A stretch of DNA of 64,000 nucleotides from Bacteroidota bacterium (GCA_051715425.1 JBPXJS010000042.1:17805-81804), one strand, 5' to 3'. Counted from the stretch's first letter, positions 31,401 through 39,797 are shown. Numbers and translations: made by a program. The notes: generated by a model from the sequence alone, not told the origin.

Positions 31401-32127
31401 CTTTAACCGTGCAGCCAGTTATGTAGCAAGGCACAACGGAACTACCTGGATGGGCAATACGGCATCAGCAGCTATAGGAACAAATCCATACACCCAAACC
31501 CGCACAGGTATCACCTCCTTCTCACCATTTGGAGTGGGTAGCGGAGGAGTATTACCTGTTGAGTTATTAAGCTTTAATGCAGTGAAACAAAACAGAGCTG
31601 CCTTGCTTGTATGGGAAACAGCATCTGAGTTAAACAACGACAGGTTTGAAATAGAACGCTCAACCGATGGAAGAATGTTTACTCATATCCAAACGGTAAA
31701 AGGCCAGGGAACCACCAATAACAAATCGGCATATCAGTTGTTGGATGGAGAGGCTCAGGCATCAGCCAGCGCAGCAGGAGTGGATGTATTGTACTACAGA
31801 TTGCAACAGGTAGATATGGATGGCAGTATAACATACAGTGAAACCCGGATGGTGAATATGAGCAACGGAGTGAAGTTTGCACAGGTTCAGCCAAATCCAT
31901 ACAGCAGCAACGCCAGTGTTGTATTACAGGCAACAGCAGCAGGTAAAGCGGAGATAGTGATTACAGATATAAAAGGCAGTATCATCACCACACAAAGTGA
32001 AAACTTAAGTGAAGGGTACAATGAGATGGAGTTAAAGGGAATTAACAACCTGAAAGCCGGAATGTACTTTGTAACCATTAAGCAGGGTGATGAAGTGACT
32101 GTGTTGAAACTGACCCGCAAAAATTAA
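25411..32127 (+). CDS. Giant secreted protein (2238 aa): parallel beta-helix repeat modules plus a T9SS C-terminal sorting domain
   Basis: Signal peptide. Two internally duplicated right-handed beta-helix modules share a LNGAD.II.DG ... QNCN motif; many NNS/NNT repeats; a SPYTYSWNP Ig-like region. The C-terminus (KAGMYFVTIKQGDEVTVLKLTRKN) matches the T9SS CTD. Confidence 0.7.
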   Translation: MITTITQHMPDLQIRNYAQWLTKTALILTIWSVCMMNDLYAQNMGYSFTSSSGTYTPITGGTVHSSGGAMDDATFSITLPFTFTFNGTAYTQVYVSENGYLSFGATNPGTTTRSALSSTNTGFEVATSFSADLQGINASSELRSQVIGTAPNRTFVAQWTNLQFYLASGQSFNFQIQLDEANGVLINQVVRNVYGTVSNAGASSTAMVGLRGLNNTIYQNRTTTTAWASTTAGSSNGAACTISSTVFPASGLTYTWAPIPMSYTSSTTVQSSTAPVIPSSVNQQIIQVQIVAGGGTANPLTLTQLSLNTNGSTSAANIANTKVYYTGTTNTFSTTTQYGSTVTSPAATYTVTGSQALALGTNYFWVTYDIVASPTLGNVVDGECTQITVSSSNYAPTVTAPAGTRTISSPLSGNYNIGASGNYPTLTAAVTSLNSSGVSGPVTFTLTDANYSTAETFPIVINQFSGSSAVNTLTIKPASGLVTTITGSATSLITLNGADNIIIDGSAYGNNSRELNLINNNTGTSAVIFVSSLGIGLGSRNVTIQNCNIQGGSSTATGVLGIFAGGTTISTTGTGADNDKLSIINNSVSKAYFGIYCRGVASTGMNDTLIISNNSVGSNTASAVVLYSGIDVQNATLATINNNTIFNMTQPSGISTSSVAINLGGTLVTANVHSNVINGVRNPSSGGWGAYGINVLGTITTMNIYNNAISDISTMNYSSTSTTFNAFGIRITVAGTYRIYNNSIHLFGPVPNVGTTPHLSVCMLFIAGTSVDMRNNIFVNSQTGLAGAKSFAIYSTIANTAFATTSNYNNYFVSGANGVLGYISSANQTTLTAWKTIMGAQRDSVSLNVDPAFNSNTIIRPTAASPILNTGTPVAMTATDLLGVTRNATTPAMGAYEQGGEYIPPVITFTPLTNVFASSNRLLSAFANISDTSGSINTTAGTRPRLYFKKSTNANAYVGNTSADNGWKWVEATNTTSPFDFNMNFALLTGGSVTPGDQIQYFVLAQDMSATPNVTVVNNNFIRTVPSSVALTASSFPIYGYNTFNIVQLLSGNINVGAGQTYTSLTNAGGLFEMINNNAVSGNINVFVKSDLAETGAVALNQTIESGAGNYSITIQPDSSQTRTISGSFAGGLVRLNGADRIIFDGRYLGSGNFLTFQNLQSSGTTACIHIGSLGNNLGAVSNTVRNCNFVMPRTGVISVGVSSSGSTVSAFGSDNDSLSLLNNYVRSASIGFQVFGNIGFNHDAVTITGNVLDTMSRYGISVGSIRSFTIASNTVNNIFGTTGITLYGIVGADVTNGTVSQNTITNVQSLNQNAWGIYLGSNDSSIAISRNNISRILHSGTSGWGGKGIGVNTGLANSNIELSNNFINNISGDGLNTIGSNAIVGILIAGNTGGVRVNHNTVYLYGSISRVAATNDVSAAFAVSSSTTSNLDVRNNIFRNAIVNTTGVQKSYAIYHAGTNISQFSNLAYNNYLAEGPEAVMGYLNAADIANMGAWKTATVSDSLSQNRVVNFIDSSDLHLAGPSNGDLYLRAPRIASINVDYDNTIRAAVTYMGADAGSTSLAMVVDAGTDKTTCNGSGVGIGSPSIVTSGGISPYTYSWNPTASAVSNPTVSPVTNTTYVVTVTDTFGFSGTDTVNVTVNNLVAGNSATADQTICTSSTPAALTGSTPTGGNGSSYTYAWLSSTTSASAGFAAASGTNNTQNYTPGALTQNTWYKRRVSSGVCNADTSAAVAITVNAAGTWIGSTSTAWNNTANWSCPLVPTNTTNVTINSGAPNMPVIVDAQQCNNLTINTGATLTLNNTASRLGIFGTISNSGTFTNTSGTIALSGSSAQTLPAGTYNKLQVNNSAGVNTGGAVVLNDSLILTSGVITLGSNNLTMGNASYSSTGSASSYVRTNSTGRVLVNNVGTAGKTGSVIIPVGNTTYNGVVLTNTGTADTYTVWVIDSVTNTYTGSTPTGAKVTSNAVNRTWIINESVAGGSNATVSLVWSTGDELGGFNRAASYVARHNGTTWMGNTASAAIGTNPYTQTRTGITSFSPFGVGSGGVLPVELLSFNAVKQNRAALLVWETASELNNDRFEIERSTDGRMFTHIQTVKGQGTTNNKSAYQLLDGEAQASASAAGVDVLYYRLQQVDMDGSITYSETRMVNMSNGVKFAQVQPNPYSSNASVVLQATAAGKAEIVITDIKGSIITTQSENLSEGYNEMELKGINNLKAGMYFVTIKQGDEVTVLKLTRKN

Positions 32128-32151
32128 AACTGAATACCAATAAATAAACAG

Positions 32152-32188
32152 AAAAGGCTGTCTCTTCAAATGAGACAGCCTTTTCTGT
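32152..32188. terminator. Strong bidirectional rho-independent terminator
   Basis: AAAAGGCTGTCTC-ttcaaat-GAGACAGCCTTTT: a 13-bp perfect stem flanked by A/T runs, between the giant gene and a convergent gene. Confidence 0.7.
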
Positions 32189-32200
32189 TCCTATCAATGC

Positions 32201-32692
32201 TTATTTATTTTTCTGACTGAGCATACGCACGTAAGTGCTGTAAAATAAACTAAGTTCTTTTTTGGTAAAGTTACACTGGTTGCTGATGGTAGATTTTTCC
32301 CTGCACTGGCAACCAATAATCCGGCCATTTTCTTTAAATGCATTACAGGAATTGCAGGCTGCCGAAGCACAGGTAACATGCCCCATACCCTTTACAGCAT
32401 AATATGTTCTGGTAACAATATCGTATTGCAGCGCTACGGCAATCATTTTATAATAGTTCTTATAAGTTCCTTCCCCAATCAGGTAATGAAACTGGTTTTC
32501 AGAAACAATAAACAGTTTGTTAATGGTAGTGCCATCAGCAAGGGTGGCCTGCAGGCTCTTGCGCAATACGCTTGTATCTGCTGTAATCAGATAATCTGAT
32601 TGTACAGCTTTACCAATTTCCAGTTTTGACTGAGCGAAACAGGTGTAAGAAAATAAGGAGAAGAAGACAATAGCTAGAGGAGTTTTAAACAT
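32201..32692 (-). CDS. Small secreted cysteine-rich protein (163 aa)
   Basis: Signal peptide MFKTPLAIVFFSLFSYTCFAQ. The C-terminal region carries 7 Cys within about 35 residues (HVTCASAACNSCNAF...GCQCREKSTISNQC). Confidence 0.5.
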   Translation of the reverse strand: MFKTPLAIVFFSLFSYTCFAQSKLEIGKAVQSDYLITADTSVLRKSLQATLADGTTINKLFIVSENQFHYLIGEGTYKNYYKMIAVALQYDIVTRTYYAVKGMGHVTCASAACNSCNAFKENGRIIGCQCREKSTISNQCNFTKKELSLFYSTYVRMLSQKNK

Positions 32693-32696
32693 TATT

Positions 32697-32849
32697 TTAC
32701 CAGATTATATGGTATTGCTTTTCTGCCTGTGTGGTATCCTTATCCACGTTTACTTTGCTGCGAAACCAGTAACGTTGACCACAAGAGGAGTGAAGCAGCA
32801 CCATGAAGCTGCAAATAAGTATTATTTTTAGAAGGATAGACTTTTTCAT
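32697..32849 (-). CDS. Mini lipoprotein-like peptide (about 50 aa)
   Basis: Starts at internal Met MKKSILLKIILICSFMVLLHSSCGQ (signal plus Cys), followed by 25 residues. It sits between the VIT1 gene and the Cys-rich protein gene. Confidence 0.3.
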   Translation of the reverse strand: MKKSILLKIILICSFMVLLHSSCGQRYWFRSKVNVDKDTTQAEKQYHIIW

Positions 32850-32886
32850 CGCAACAATAGTCAACAGGGTAATGTGCAACGTTGCA

Positions 32887-33570
32887 TTAATTAATCAGGT
32901 GGGCAACATAAAATGCAGACGCAGCGGCAATGGCACCAATAAAAGTAATGCGAAGCGCCCCAAAGAATGGTGGTTGACCAATTACTTTGCTTTTAAGAAA
33001 CCCAAAAACAAACAGACACAAAGTGGTGATCACACAGGAATAAACTAATCCGGTATTGGCTGTATCAGTAAAAAAATAGGACGCAAGAGGTACTATTCCA
33101 CCGGCTATATAAGAAAAGCCTATGGTTAATGCACTTTGACGTGCGCGATTAATATCAGGTTTTTCCAGTCCAAGTTCAAAACGCATCATAAAGTTTACCC
33201 ACTTGTCTTTGTCTTTTGCCAATTCCTCTACAATCAGTTCAGTGGATTGCTTACTCAAACCGTATTCTTCAAACACTTCCCGTACTTCCTGTTTTTCGCG
33301 CTCGGGAAAAACCTCCACCTCATCATATTCCCTTTTCAGTTCAGAGTCGTAATGTTCTATTTCTGTTTTACCGGCAAGGTATCCGCCTAATCCCATGGCA
33401 ATAGATCCGGCAACAATTTCGGCCATACCTGCAGTGATAATGATATCATTGTTTTGAATAGCACCACTAAGGCCAGCAGCAAGGGCAAAAGGTACCGTAA
33501 GCCCGTCACTCATACCTATCACAATGTCTCTTACAGTAGCAGATCCTTCAAAATGTTTTTCCTCATGCAT
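32887..33570 (-). CDS. VIT1/CCC1-family iron/manganese transporter
   Basis: GMSDGLTVPFALAAGLSGA motif, a cytoplasmic acidic helix bundle (EEYGLSKQSTELIVEEL), and 5 TM segments. Confidence 0.7.
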   Translation of the reverse strand: MHEEKHFEGSATVRDIVIGMSDGLTVPFALAAGLSGAIQNNDIIITAGMAEIVAGSIAMGLGGYLAGKTEIEHYDSELKREYDEVEVFPEREKQEVREVFEEYGLSKQSTELIVEELAKDKDKWVNFMMRFELGLEKPDINRARQSALTIGFSYIAGGIVPLASYFFTDTANTGLVYSCVITTLCLFVFGFLKSKVIGQPPFFGALRITFIGAIAAASAFYVAHLIN

Positions 33571-33590
33571 GAGTAGGCAATTAGCAGTAG

Positions 33591-34607
33591 TTATTTTTTC
33601 AGGTCGAGATATAGAAATACCGGAAGGTGATCACTATACCCTCCGATATATTTTTTTCCTGCATAAGTGCGTTTTGGAGATCCTTTAAATTTCTGATCTG
33701 TTTCCAGCATCCATGGTTGCTTAAACATATCGGCCGATTCTTTTCTGAAAATGTATTTCTGATTCCCGATTACCAATCCATTGCTCAAAATAATCTGATC
33801 GAGCATGCTCCATTTTCCTCGGTACATATGTGATCCTAAACCTGCCTGCTGAATTTCAACCATTGGGTTATACAGGTTGCCACCATAAAGGTTATACATA
33901 CTTTCCTTTGCACGCAGCACTGAATCCATGCTGGCATCCGAAGGCTCGTCATTAAAATCTCCCATGAGAATGATGTTTTGATTGGGATTTTTTTCGAGTA
34001 TGGTATCTATCATATTTCTGAGAAGAGATGCTACGAAAATTCTTTTGGGTCTTGATTCTGCTTCGCCACCAAGGCGTGATGGAAAATGATTAACAAAAAT
34101 AACCAGTTGGTCTTTGTTTTTGGTTTCGAGTTTTACATATAAAATATCTCTTGTTTTAAAATCCGCATCATCAGGCATATTCACCGGTATAGCAGCAGCG
34201 TTTAATACTTTAAACTGATTTCCCTTATATAACAGCGCATTGTCAATACTTCTTTTATCGGGACCCTCAAAGTGGATGAATTTGTATTTTTCGCCCTTAA
34301 TATTTTGGTGAAGGGTAAGATCTGTCAGTACCTGTGCATTTTCAACCTCGCACATGCCTAAAATTTCCGGAGCTTGTCCTTCATTCATGGCAGCAATTAC
34401 AGCGCTCATATTGGCAAGCTTGGTTTTGTATTTTTCTGTATTCCATTCTTTTTCTGCACCTGGCAAAAACTCATTATCATCTTTTAGCGGATCATCAATC
34501 GTATCAAACAAATTTTCCTGGTTATAAAAAGCAATACAAATACCCTTTTGTGCGTGGGCAAATTGAACTCCGGCAATAAATAGGAATAACAGCGTCAGTT
34601 TTTTCAT
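33591..34607 (-). CDS. Secreted endonuclease/exonuclease/phosphatase (EEP) family protein
   Basis: Signal peptide, then the EEP signatures FYNQENLFD and GDFNDEP ... SDHLPV. Confidence 0.65.
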   Translation of the reverse strand: MKKLTLLFLFIAGVQFAHAQKGICIAFYNQENLFDTIDDPLKDDNEFLPGAEKEWNTEKYKTKLANMSAVIAAMNEGQAPEILGMCEVENAQVLTDLTLHQNIKGEKYKFIHFEGPDKRSIDNALLYKGNQFKVLNAAAIPVNMPDDADFKTRDILYVKLETKNKDQLVIFVNHFPSRLGGEAESRPKRIFVASLLRNMIDTILEKNPNQNIILMGDFNDEPSDASMDSVLRAKESMYNLYGGNLYNPMVEIQQAGLGSHMYRGKWSMLDQIILSNGLVIGNQKYIFRKESADMFKQPWMLETDQKFKGSPKRTYAGKKYIGGYSDHLPVFLYLDLKK

Positions 34608-34719
34608 GTTGGTAATATCAATAAAATTCAGGATTCAAACATACAATATTTGTGTAAAGGTAAAATGAAATATTCGGAGCTTTTATAAACTCTTTTTCTC
34701 CTATATTTGTTTACTGCGT

Positions 34720-35814
34720 ATGATAGGTTTCGGATTTACAAAATATATACCACAGGCTGAGGGAAATAAGTTTGATGAATTACTTAAACTGTTTCTTCAG
34801 CTGCTGCAATATACCAACGGTAATGTGGCCGAGGCACTGGAATGGATGAATCAGATTGATCACCAGTATCAGTTTACCAATAATCAATACGGTTTAGGTG
34901 ATTTTGTAGAAGACCTGAAAAAGAACGGTTATATCAATGAAGATCCTTTTGACGGCACATTTATGCCATCATCAAAAGCAAATGCAGATATACGTAAAAC
35001 CTCCCTTGATGAAATTTTCGGGAAGCTGAAAAAAACACCCCAGGGCAATCATAAAAGTGTGCATACCGGCACCGGTGATGAAATAAGTGCCGATACAAAA
35101 AGATACCATTTTGGCGATCAGCTTGATCAGATAGATTTAACCGCTTCTCTTCATAACGCTCAGGTTAATCACGGAATTGATGTGTTTAAATTAACAGAGG
35201 ATGATCTGGAAATACGTGAACGTGAACACAAGAGCCAAACATCTACTGTTTTAATGATTGATATTTCCCATTCTATGATACTATATGGGGAGGATCGCAT
35301 CACACCGGCAAAAAAGGTAGCCATGGCATTAGCAGAATTGATTCGGACAAGGTACCCAAAAGATACGCTGGATATTATTGTTTTTGGAAATGATGCATGG
35401 CCTATTGAATTAAAAGACCTGGCTTATCTTCAGGTAGGGCCTTACCATACCAACACATACGCAGGCCTGGAACTGGCTATGGATATGCTTCGTAAACGGA
35501 AGAATCCCAATAAGCAAATTTTTATGATTACCGATGGAAAACCAACCTGTTTAAAGGAAGGCAACCGGTATTATAAAAACAGTTTTGGCCTCGACAGAAA
35601 AATTATCAATAAAACGTTAACCATGGCTGCACAGTGCAGAAGACTTGGTATCCCAATCACAACCTTTATGATTGCCTCAGACCCATACCTGCAGCAATTT
35701 GTTAAAGAGTTTACTAAAACCAATAATGGAAAGGCTTTCTACAGTTCGCTTAACGGACTGGGGGAGTTTATTTTTGAAGATTACGAACGCAACAGAAGAA
35801 AAAAAGTAAAATGA
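34720..35814 (+). CDS. Cytoplasmic vWA-domain protein (CoxE-like) with an intact MIDAS site
   Basis: MIDAS D-x-S-x-S (LMIDISHSM), and downstream T/D (MITDGKPT). No signal peptide. The stop overlaps the next start (ATGA at 35811-35814). Confidence 0.65.
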   Translation: MIGFGFTKYIPQAEGNKFDELLKLFLQLLQYTNGNVAEALEWMNQIDHQYQFTNNQYGLGDFVEDLKKNGYINEDPFDGTFMPSSKANADIRKTSLDEIFGKLKKTPQGNHKSVHTGTGDEISADTKRYHFGDQLDQIDLTASLHNAQVNHGIDVFKLTEDDLEIREREHKSQTSTVLMIDISHSMILYGEDRITPAKKVAMALAELIRTRYPKDTLDIIVFGNDAWPIELKDLAYLQVGPYHTNTYAGLELAMDMLRKRKNPNKQIFMITDGKPTCLKEGNRYYKNSFGLDRKIINKTLTMAAQCRRLGIPITTFMIASDPYLQQFVKEFTKTNNGKAFYSSLNGLGEFIFEDYERNRRKKVK

Positions 35815-36290
35815 AATATTTGTTCTTATTGATTCTTACTACAGGTTTTTTACAAGCTACTCCTCAATCAATTCCGCTTGTAAATAAAGCATGGATTGAA
35901 GCGGTGAGAAACAATAAACAGAATGATACCTTGTACGTCATCAATTTTTGGGCAACCTGGTGTAAACCATGTGTAGAAGAACTTCCCGGTTTTGAGAAAA
36001 TTAATGCAGCATATGCCGGAAACAAAGTAAAGGTGATATTGGTGAGTAATGATATGAAAAAAGAATTGACAGGCCGCTTACCCAAATTTATAAATGATAA
36101 AAAAATACAGGCTCAGGTGGTATTTATGAATGAAACAAACCCAAATGATTGGATAGAGCTGGTAAATAAAACATGGAGTGGAGCCATACCAGCTACCTGG
36201 TTTGTGCGTGGGGCCTCTGCCAAAGAATATTTTCATGAGGGTGAACTTACCTACGATGAATTGAAAAACGTAATATCAACATTTAAATAA
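35811..36290 (+). CDS. TlpA/ResA-like periplasmic thiol:disulfide oxidoreductase
   Basis: Signal peptide and the thioredoxin fold WATWCKPCVEELP (WCxPC). Confidence 0.65.
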   Translation: MKYLFLLILTTGFLQATPQSIPLVNKAWIEAVRNNKQNDTLYVINFWATWCKPCVEELPGFEKINAAYAGNKVKVILVSNDMKKELTGRLPKFINDKKIQAQVVFMNETNPNDWIELVNKTWSGAIPATWFVRGASAKEYFHEGELTYDELKNVISTFK

Positions 36291-36291
36291 T

Positions 36292-36906
36292 ATGAAAAAG
36301 GCTACACTGTTTTTATTGTCACTCCTATGTTTTACTGTATACTCATTTAAAACGGGTGATCAAACCGGCTATAAACCGGGTGATATAGCAAGGGATTTTA
36401 GTTTGTTAAACGTTGACGGACGTAAGGTTGCCCTTAGTGATTACAAAAAGGCCAAAGGATTTATAGTGGTATTTACCTGCAACCATTGCCCTTTTTCTCA
36501 GGCTTATGAGCAACGGATTATTGATTTGCATCATAAGTTCGAATCTCAAGGTTATCCGGTTGTGGCAATTAATCCCAACGACAAAAACAGGGAACCGGAG
36601 GATTCTTATGAAAATATGCAGAAGGTGGCTAAAGAAAAAAAATATCCATTTGCTTATTTGTATGATGAGACACAGGAAATAGCCAAAACATACGGAGCCA
36701 CGCGCACCCCGCATATTTATTTGCTCAGAAAAACAAAAAAAGGAAATGTGGTGGAGTATATAGGCGCCATTGATGATAATTACGAAGAGGCTGCCGCAGT
36801 AAAAGAAAAATATGTTGAAACTGCCATTGCGGAACTATTGGCCAACAAACCAATTACTAAAATCCAAACCAAAGCCATTGGTTGTGGAATTAAATGGAAG
36901 AAATAG
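36292..36906 (+). CDS. Secreted thioredoxin-fold (redoxin-like) protein
   Basis: Signal peptide, FTCNHCPFS CxxC-type motif, and C-terminal AIGCGIKW. Its start lies 1 nt after the previous stop. Confidence 0.55.
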   Translation: MKKATLFLLSLLCFTVYSFKTGDQTGYKPGDIARDFSLLNVDGRKVALSDYKKAKGFIVVFTCNHCPFSQAYEQRIIDLHHKFESQGYPVVAINPNDKNREPEDSYENMQKVAKEKKYPFAYLYDETQEIAKTYGATRTPHIYLLRKTKKGNVVEYIGAIDDNYEEAAAVKEKYVETAIAELLANKPITKIQTKAIGCGIKWKK

Positions 36907-37552
36907 AAAAAGATTCCAGAGAATTTAATTGTTGATCTGCAATAATAAATCTGGGGTCGTTTTGGGTAGCTTCTTCAGGTACCGCAATACAATACATTCG
37001 GGCTGCTTTTGCCGCCAGCACCCCGTTTATTGAATCTTCAAACACCATACATTCCCCTGGTTGAACACCCAGTTTTTTTGCCGTGGAGAGAAATATGCCC
37101 GGATGGGGTTTGCCATAAGGTTCAAATTCTGCTGACCAAAGCACATCAAAATACGGCCGTATCTTTAGTTTCTCTGCCACCGCTTCAATTAATACCATAG
37201 AAGAGGACGAAGCAATAGCCATTTTTATTCCCGATGTCTTACCCTGTTCCAAAACTTTAATCACCCCGGGCATGGCGTCTGCATGGTTTATAATAAGGGA
37301 TTTTACGGTTTGTAAAATAAGTTCTTCGGTGGCTTTAAAATCAGCATCGGGCCAGGGTTGGTAATTGTACCAGTGTTGCACCACTTCACTTAGCCGAAAT
37401 CCCATCACCTGTCTCAGCAGATCGTCTGTAAGCGCAAGGCCGTAAGAACCGAACACTTGTTTCTCTGCTATTTTCCAATAAGGCTCTGAATCTATAAGAA
37501 GGCCATCCATGTCAAAAATAATGGCTTTGAATTGTTTTTTTTGTACATTCAC
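36890..37552 (-). CDS. HAD-IA family hydrolase (beta-phosphoglucomutase/phosphatase-like)
   Basis: IIFDMDGLLIDSE motif I, and the SS...K and EDS(xx)G motifs of the HAD superfamily. Confidence 0.7.
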   Translation of the reverse strand: MNVQKKQFKAIIFDMDGLLIDSEPYWKIAEKQVFGSYGLALTDDLLRQVMGFRLSEVVQHWYNYQPWPDADFKATEELILQTVKSLIINHADAMPGVIKVLEQGKTSGIKMAIASSSSMVLIEAVAEKLKIRPYFDVLWSAEFEPYGKPHPGIFLSTAKKLGVQPGECMVFEDSINGVLAAKAARMYCIAVPEEATQNDPRFIIADQQLNSLESFSISSI

Positions 37553-37555
37553 GGT

Positions 37556-38269
37556 ATGCGAAAGTACTTACTTTTTATATTACTTTCAGGAAGCTTGCCG
37601 TTTATACTCCAATCCTGCGGGGGAGGTGGTGATATGGGAGGTAGCAGCAGTTATTACGATGACTGTGAATATTACGGTTGCAAAAAGGCTCAATTGGGCA
37701 CTATACGATTATTGGATTCAAGCAGGGCATGGCTTGGTGATAGTACATTAACTTTTATTACATTGGTAAATGACAGTGGCCTGTCTTTTGACTATACATA
37801 TAAAAAGGAAAAAATAACGGTTTTTGATATTCCTGTAAATTTAAGAACAGAAACGTGCAGCAACGGAAGAACCAGAAAGTGTAATGACGATTTGGAAATT
37901 GAACAGCAGGCTGATTTGCTTACTGGTAGCCTTCTTCCTTTAACCATCAGGGTGGTACGTCAGAAATACACTGTTGGTATGCCCACCACCGGAATTAAAC
38001 GCGATTCGCTTCCCAAATTAAAAGATAAGCTTTTTATACAAATAAAGGATGCCACTTTCGATTTGCCTGTTTCCGCAGATACCATACCCCCGGGTGTAAC
38101 TTTTTATCCGGTTCTCACCTTAAATGGGATAAACTACAACAACGTCTATCAATGTGATAATAATGCTTCTCCAACCGGAGTACTCAAGGTGAAGGGGATT
38201 TACCACTCTTTAAAATCAGGCTTTCTTGGGTATTATTTGTCAAATGGCGAAAGATGGTTAAGAAAATAA
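37556..38269 (+). CDS. Lipoprotein, hypothetical
   Basis: MRKYLLFILLSGSLPFILQSCGGG lipobox, with the start at an internal Met of the track ORF. Confidence 0.45.
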   Translation: MRKYLLFILLSGSLPFILQSCGGGGDMGGSSSYYDDCEYYGCKKAQLGTIRLLDSSRAWLGDSTLTFITLVNDSGLSFDYTYKKEKITVFDIPVNLRTETCSNGRTRKCNDDLEIEQQADLLTGSLLPLTIRVVRQKYTVGMPTTGIKRDSLPKLKDKLFIQIKDATFDLPVSADTIPPGVTFYPVLTLNGINYNNVYQCDNNASPTGVLKVKGIYHSLKSGFLGYYLSNGERWLRK

Positions 38270-38910
38270 TCGGTTTGTTTTTTTGTGCTGCTCTGTTTTT
38301 TGCATGTGAACCATGTCCAGATGGAGAAACATTATTTAAGGCAGCATTTCCTTCTGAGAATGAGGAAATGTTTTTGTCAGTACCGGCAAGGATGACTGCC
38401 ACTTCAGGTAGCGGCATGAGTGAAGTTTTTAATACTTCAACAGCTACTGCCGAAATAAATGTAGAGGATGATGGAGACGAGTGTATCGAAACAAAGGGAA
38501 AAGTCAGAGCTGTAACCTATAAATCCGAATTGTATAATTATCAGTTAACGCTTTCCCTTCAGCATGAGGAACAGAAATTGATGCTCAGGTTTTCTGATGC
38601 ACTTCAACCGGGTTATTACTATTCATCAAAAAACCTGATGTATGAGAAAAATTTGCTTAATGCCAATGATGAAGGTACGTATAAAAAATCGGATGGATGG
38701 TACTGGGGGCCGTCTGTTTCTTCTCCCATGGTATTTCACCAAACATTTTTAAGCAATGGGAAATCATATAATCAGGTATATGAATTACCCCTTTACCAAA
38801 ATCCTGAAAAAAATCTGCTAAACATCAACCGTGTCTGGGTATCCAATAAAGAAGGGATTATCCAGTTTAGCACCACTGCAGGAGTTACCTGGTACTTGCC
38901 GGCTAAATAA
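38254..38910 (+). CDS. Lipoprotein, hypothetical (second of a tandem pair)
   Basis: MVKKIIGLFFCAALFFACEPC signal. It overlaps the previous gene by 16 nt. Confidence 0.45.
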   Translation: MVKKIIGLFFCAALFFACEPCPDGETLFKAAFPSENEEMFLSVPARMTATSGSGMSEVFNTSTATAEINVEDDGDECIETKGKVRAVTYKSELYNYQLTLSLQHEEQKLMLRFSDALQPGYYYSSKNLMYEKNLLNANDEGTYKKSDGWYWGPSVSSPMVFHQTFLSNGKSYNQVYELPLYQNPEKNLLNINRVWVSNKEGIIQFSTTAGVTWYLPAK

Positions 38911-39702
38911 TTATTTCCTGTAAGGGATAATGGTATCTTCCAGCAATGCTTTAAAGTCCTTTAATGGAATCATATTGGGCCCATCACTTTTTGCGTGATC
39001 AGGATCTTCATGCACCTCAAAAAAGAAACCATCTGCACCAACAGCAGCAGCAGCTTTTGCCATATATGGTGCATATTCCCTGTTTCCTCCGCTTTTACCA
39101 TCCAGTCCTCCGGGGCGTTGCACACTATGTGTTACATCCATGCATACCGGATAACCAAATGTTTTCATATCTACGAGGTTTCTAAAATCAACCACCAGGT
39201 TGTTATAACCAAACATGGTTCCACGTTCTGTAAGTATAATTTGATTATTTCCTGCTCCTTCTACTTTTTTTACGGCATATTTCATATCAAAACCGGAAAG
39301 GAACTGGGCCTTTTTAATATTTACAATTTTGCCTGTTTTAGCCGATTCAACCAATAAATCTGTTTGGCGGCAAAGAAATGCAGGTATCTGTATAATATCT
39401 ACCACTTCTCCAATTGCCTTGGCCTGATTGCTTTCGTGAATATCGGTGGTAACAGGTAAACCAAACTGATCTTTTACTTTTTGCAATATTTTTAGTCCTT
39501 CTTCCATACCACCTCCGCGGTAAGAATCGAGTGAGGTACGGTTTGCTTTATCAAAGGATGCCTTGAAAATATATGTGAGTTTTAGTTCATCTGCTATTTT
39601 GGATATTTTTTCTGCCAGGTTCATTACCATTGTTTCCCCTTCAATTACACAAGGGCCGGCTATTAAAAAAGTACCGGTTTTTATTTTTTCATATAAAGTC
39701 AT
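38911..39702 (-). CDS. kdsA: 3-deoxy-8-phosphooctulonate (KDO-8-P) synthase
   Basis: [10 protein letters not shown]-terminus, [11 protein letters not shown], and the overall DAHP-synthase-like TIM barrel. 263 aa. Confidence 0.8.
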   Translation of the reverse strand: MTLYEKIKTGTFLIAGPCVIEGETMVMNLAEKISKIADELKLTYIFKASFDKANRTSLDSYRGGGMEEGLKILQKVKDQFGLPVTTDIHESNQAKAIGEVVDIIQIPAFLCRQTDLLVESAKTGKIVNIKKAQFLSGFDMKYAVKKVEGAGNNQIILTERGTMFGYNNLVVDFRNLVDMKTFGYPVCMDVTHSVQRPGGLDGKSGGNREYAPYMAKAAAAVGADGFFFEVHEDPDHAKSDGPNMIPLKDFKALLEDTIIPYRK

Positions 39703-39797
39703 GCTGCGAATTTAATACTTTAAACGGAATGAATAAGGTTTACTGAAAAGGGTAGTATTTACCCAATAAAATCAAGGTTTTGAATGGACGAAATGAG

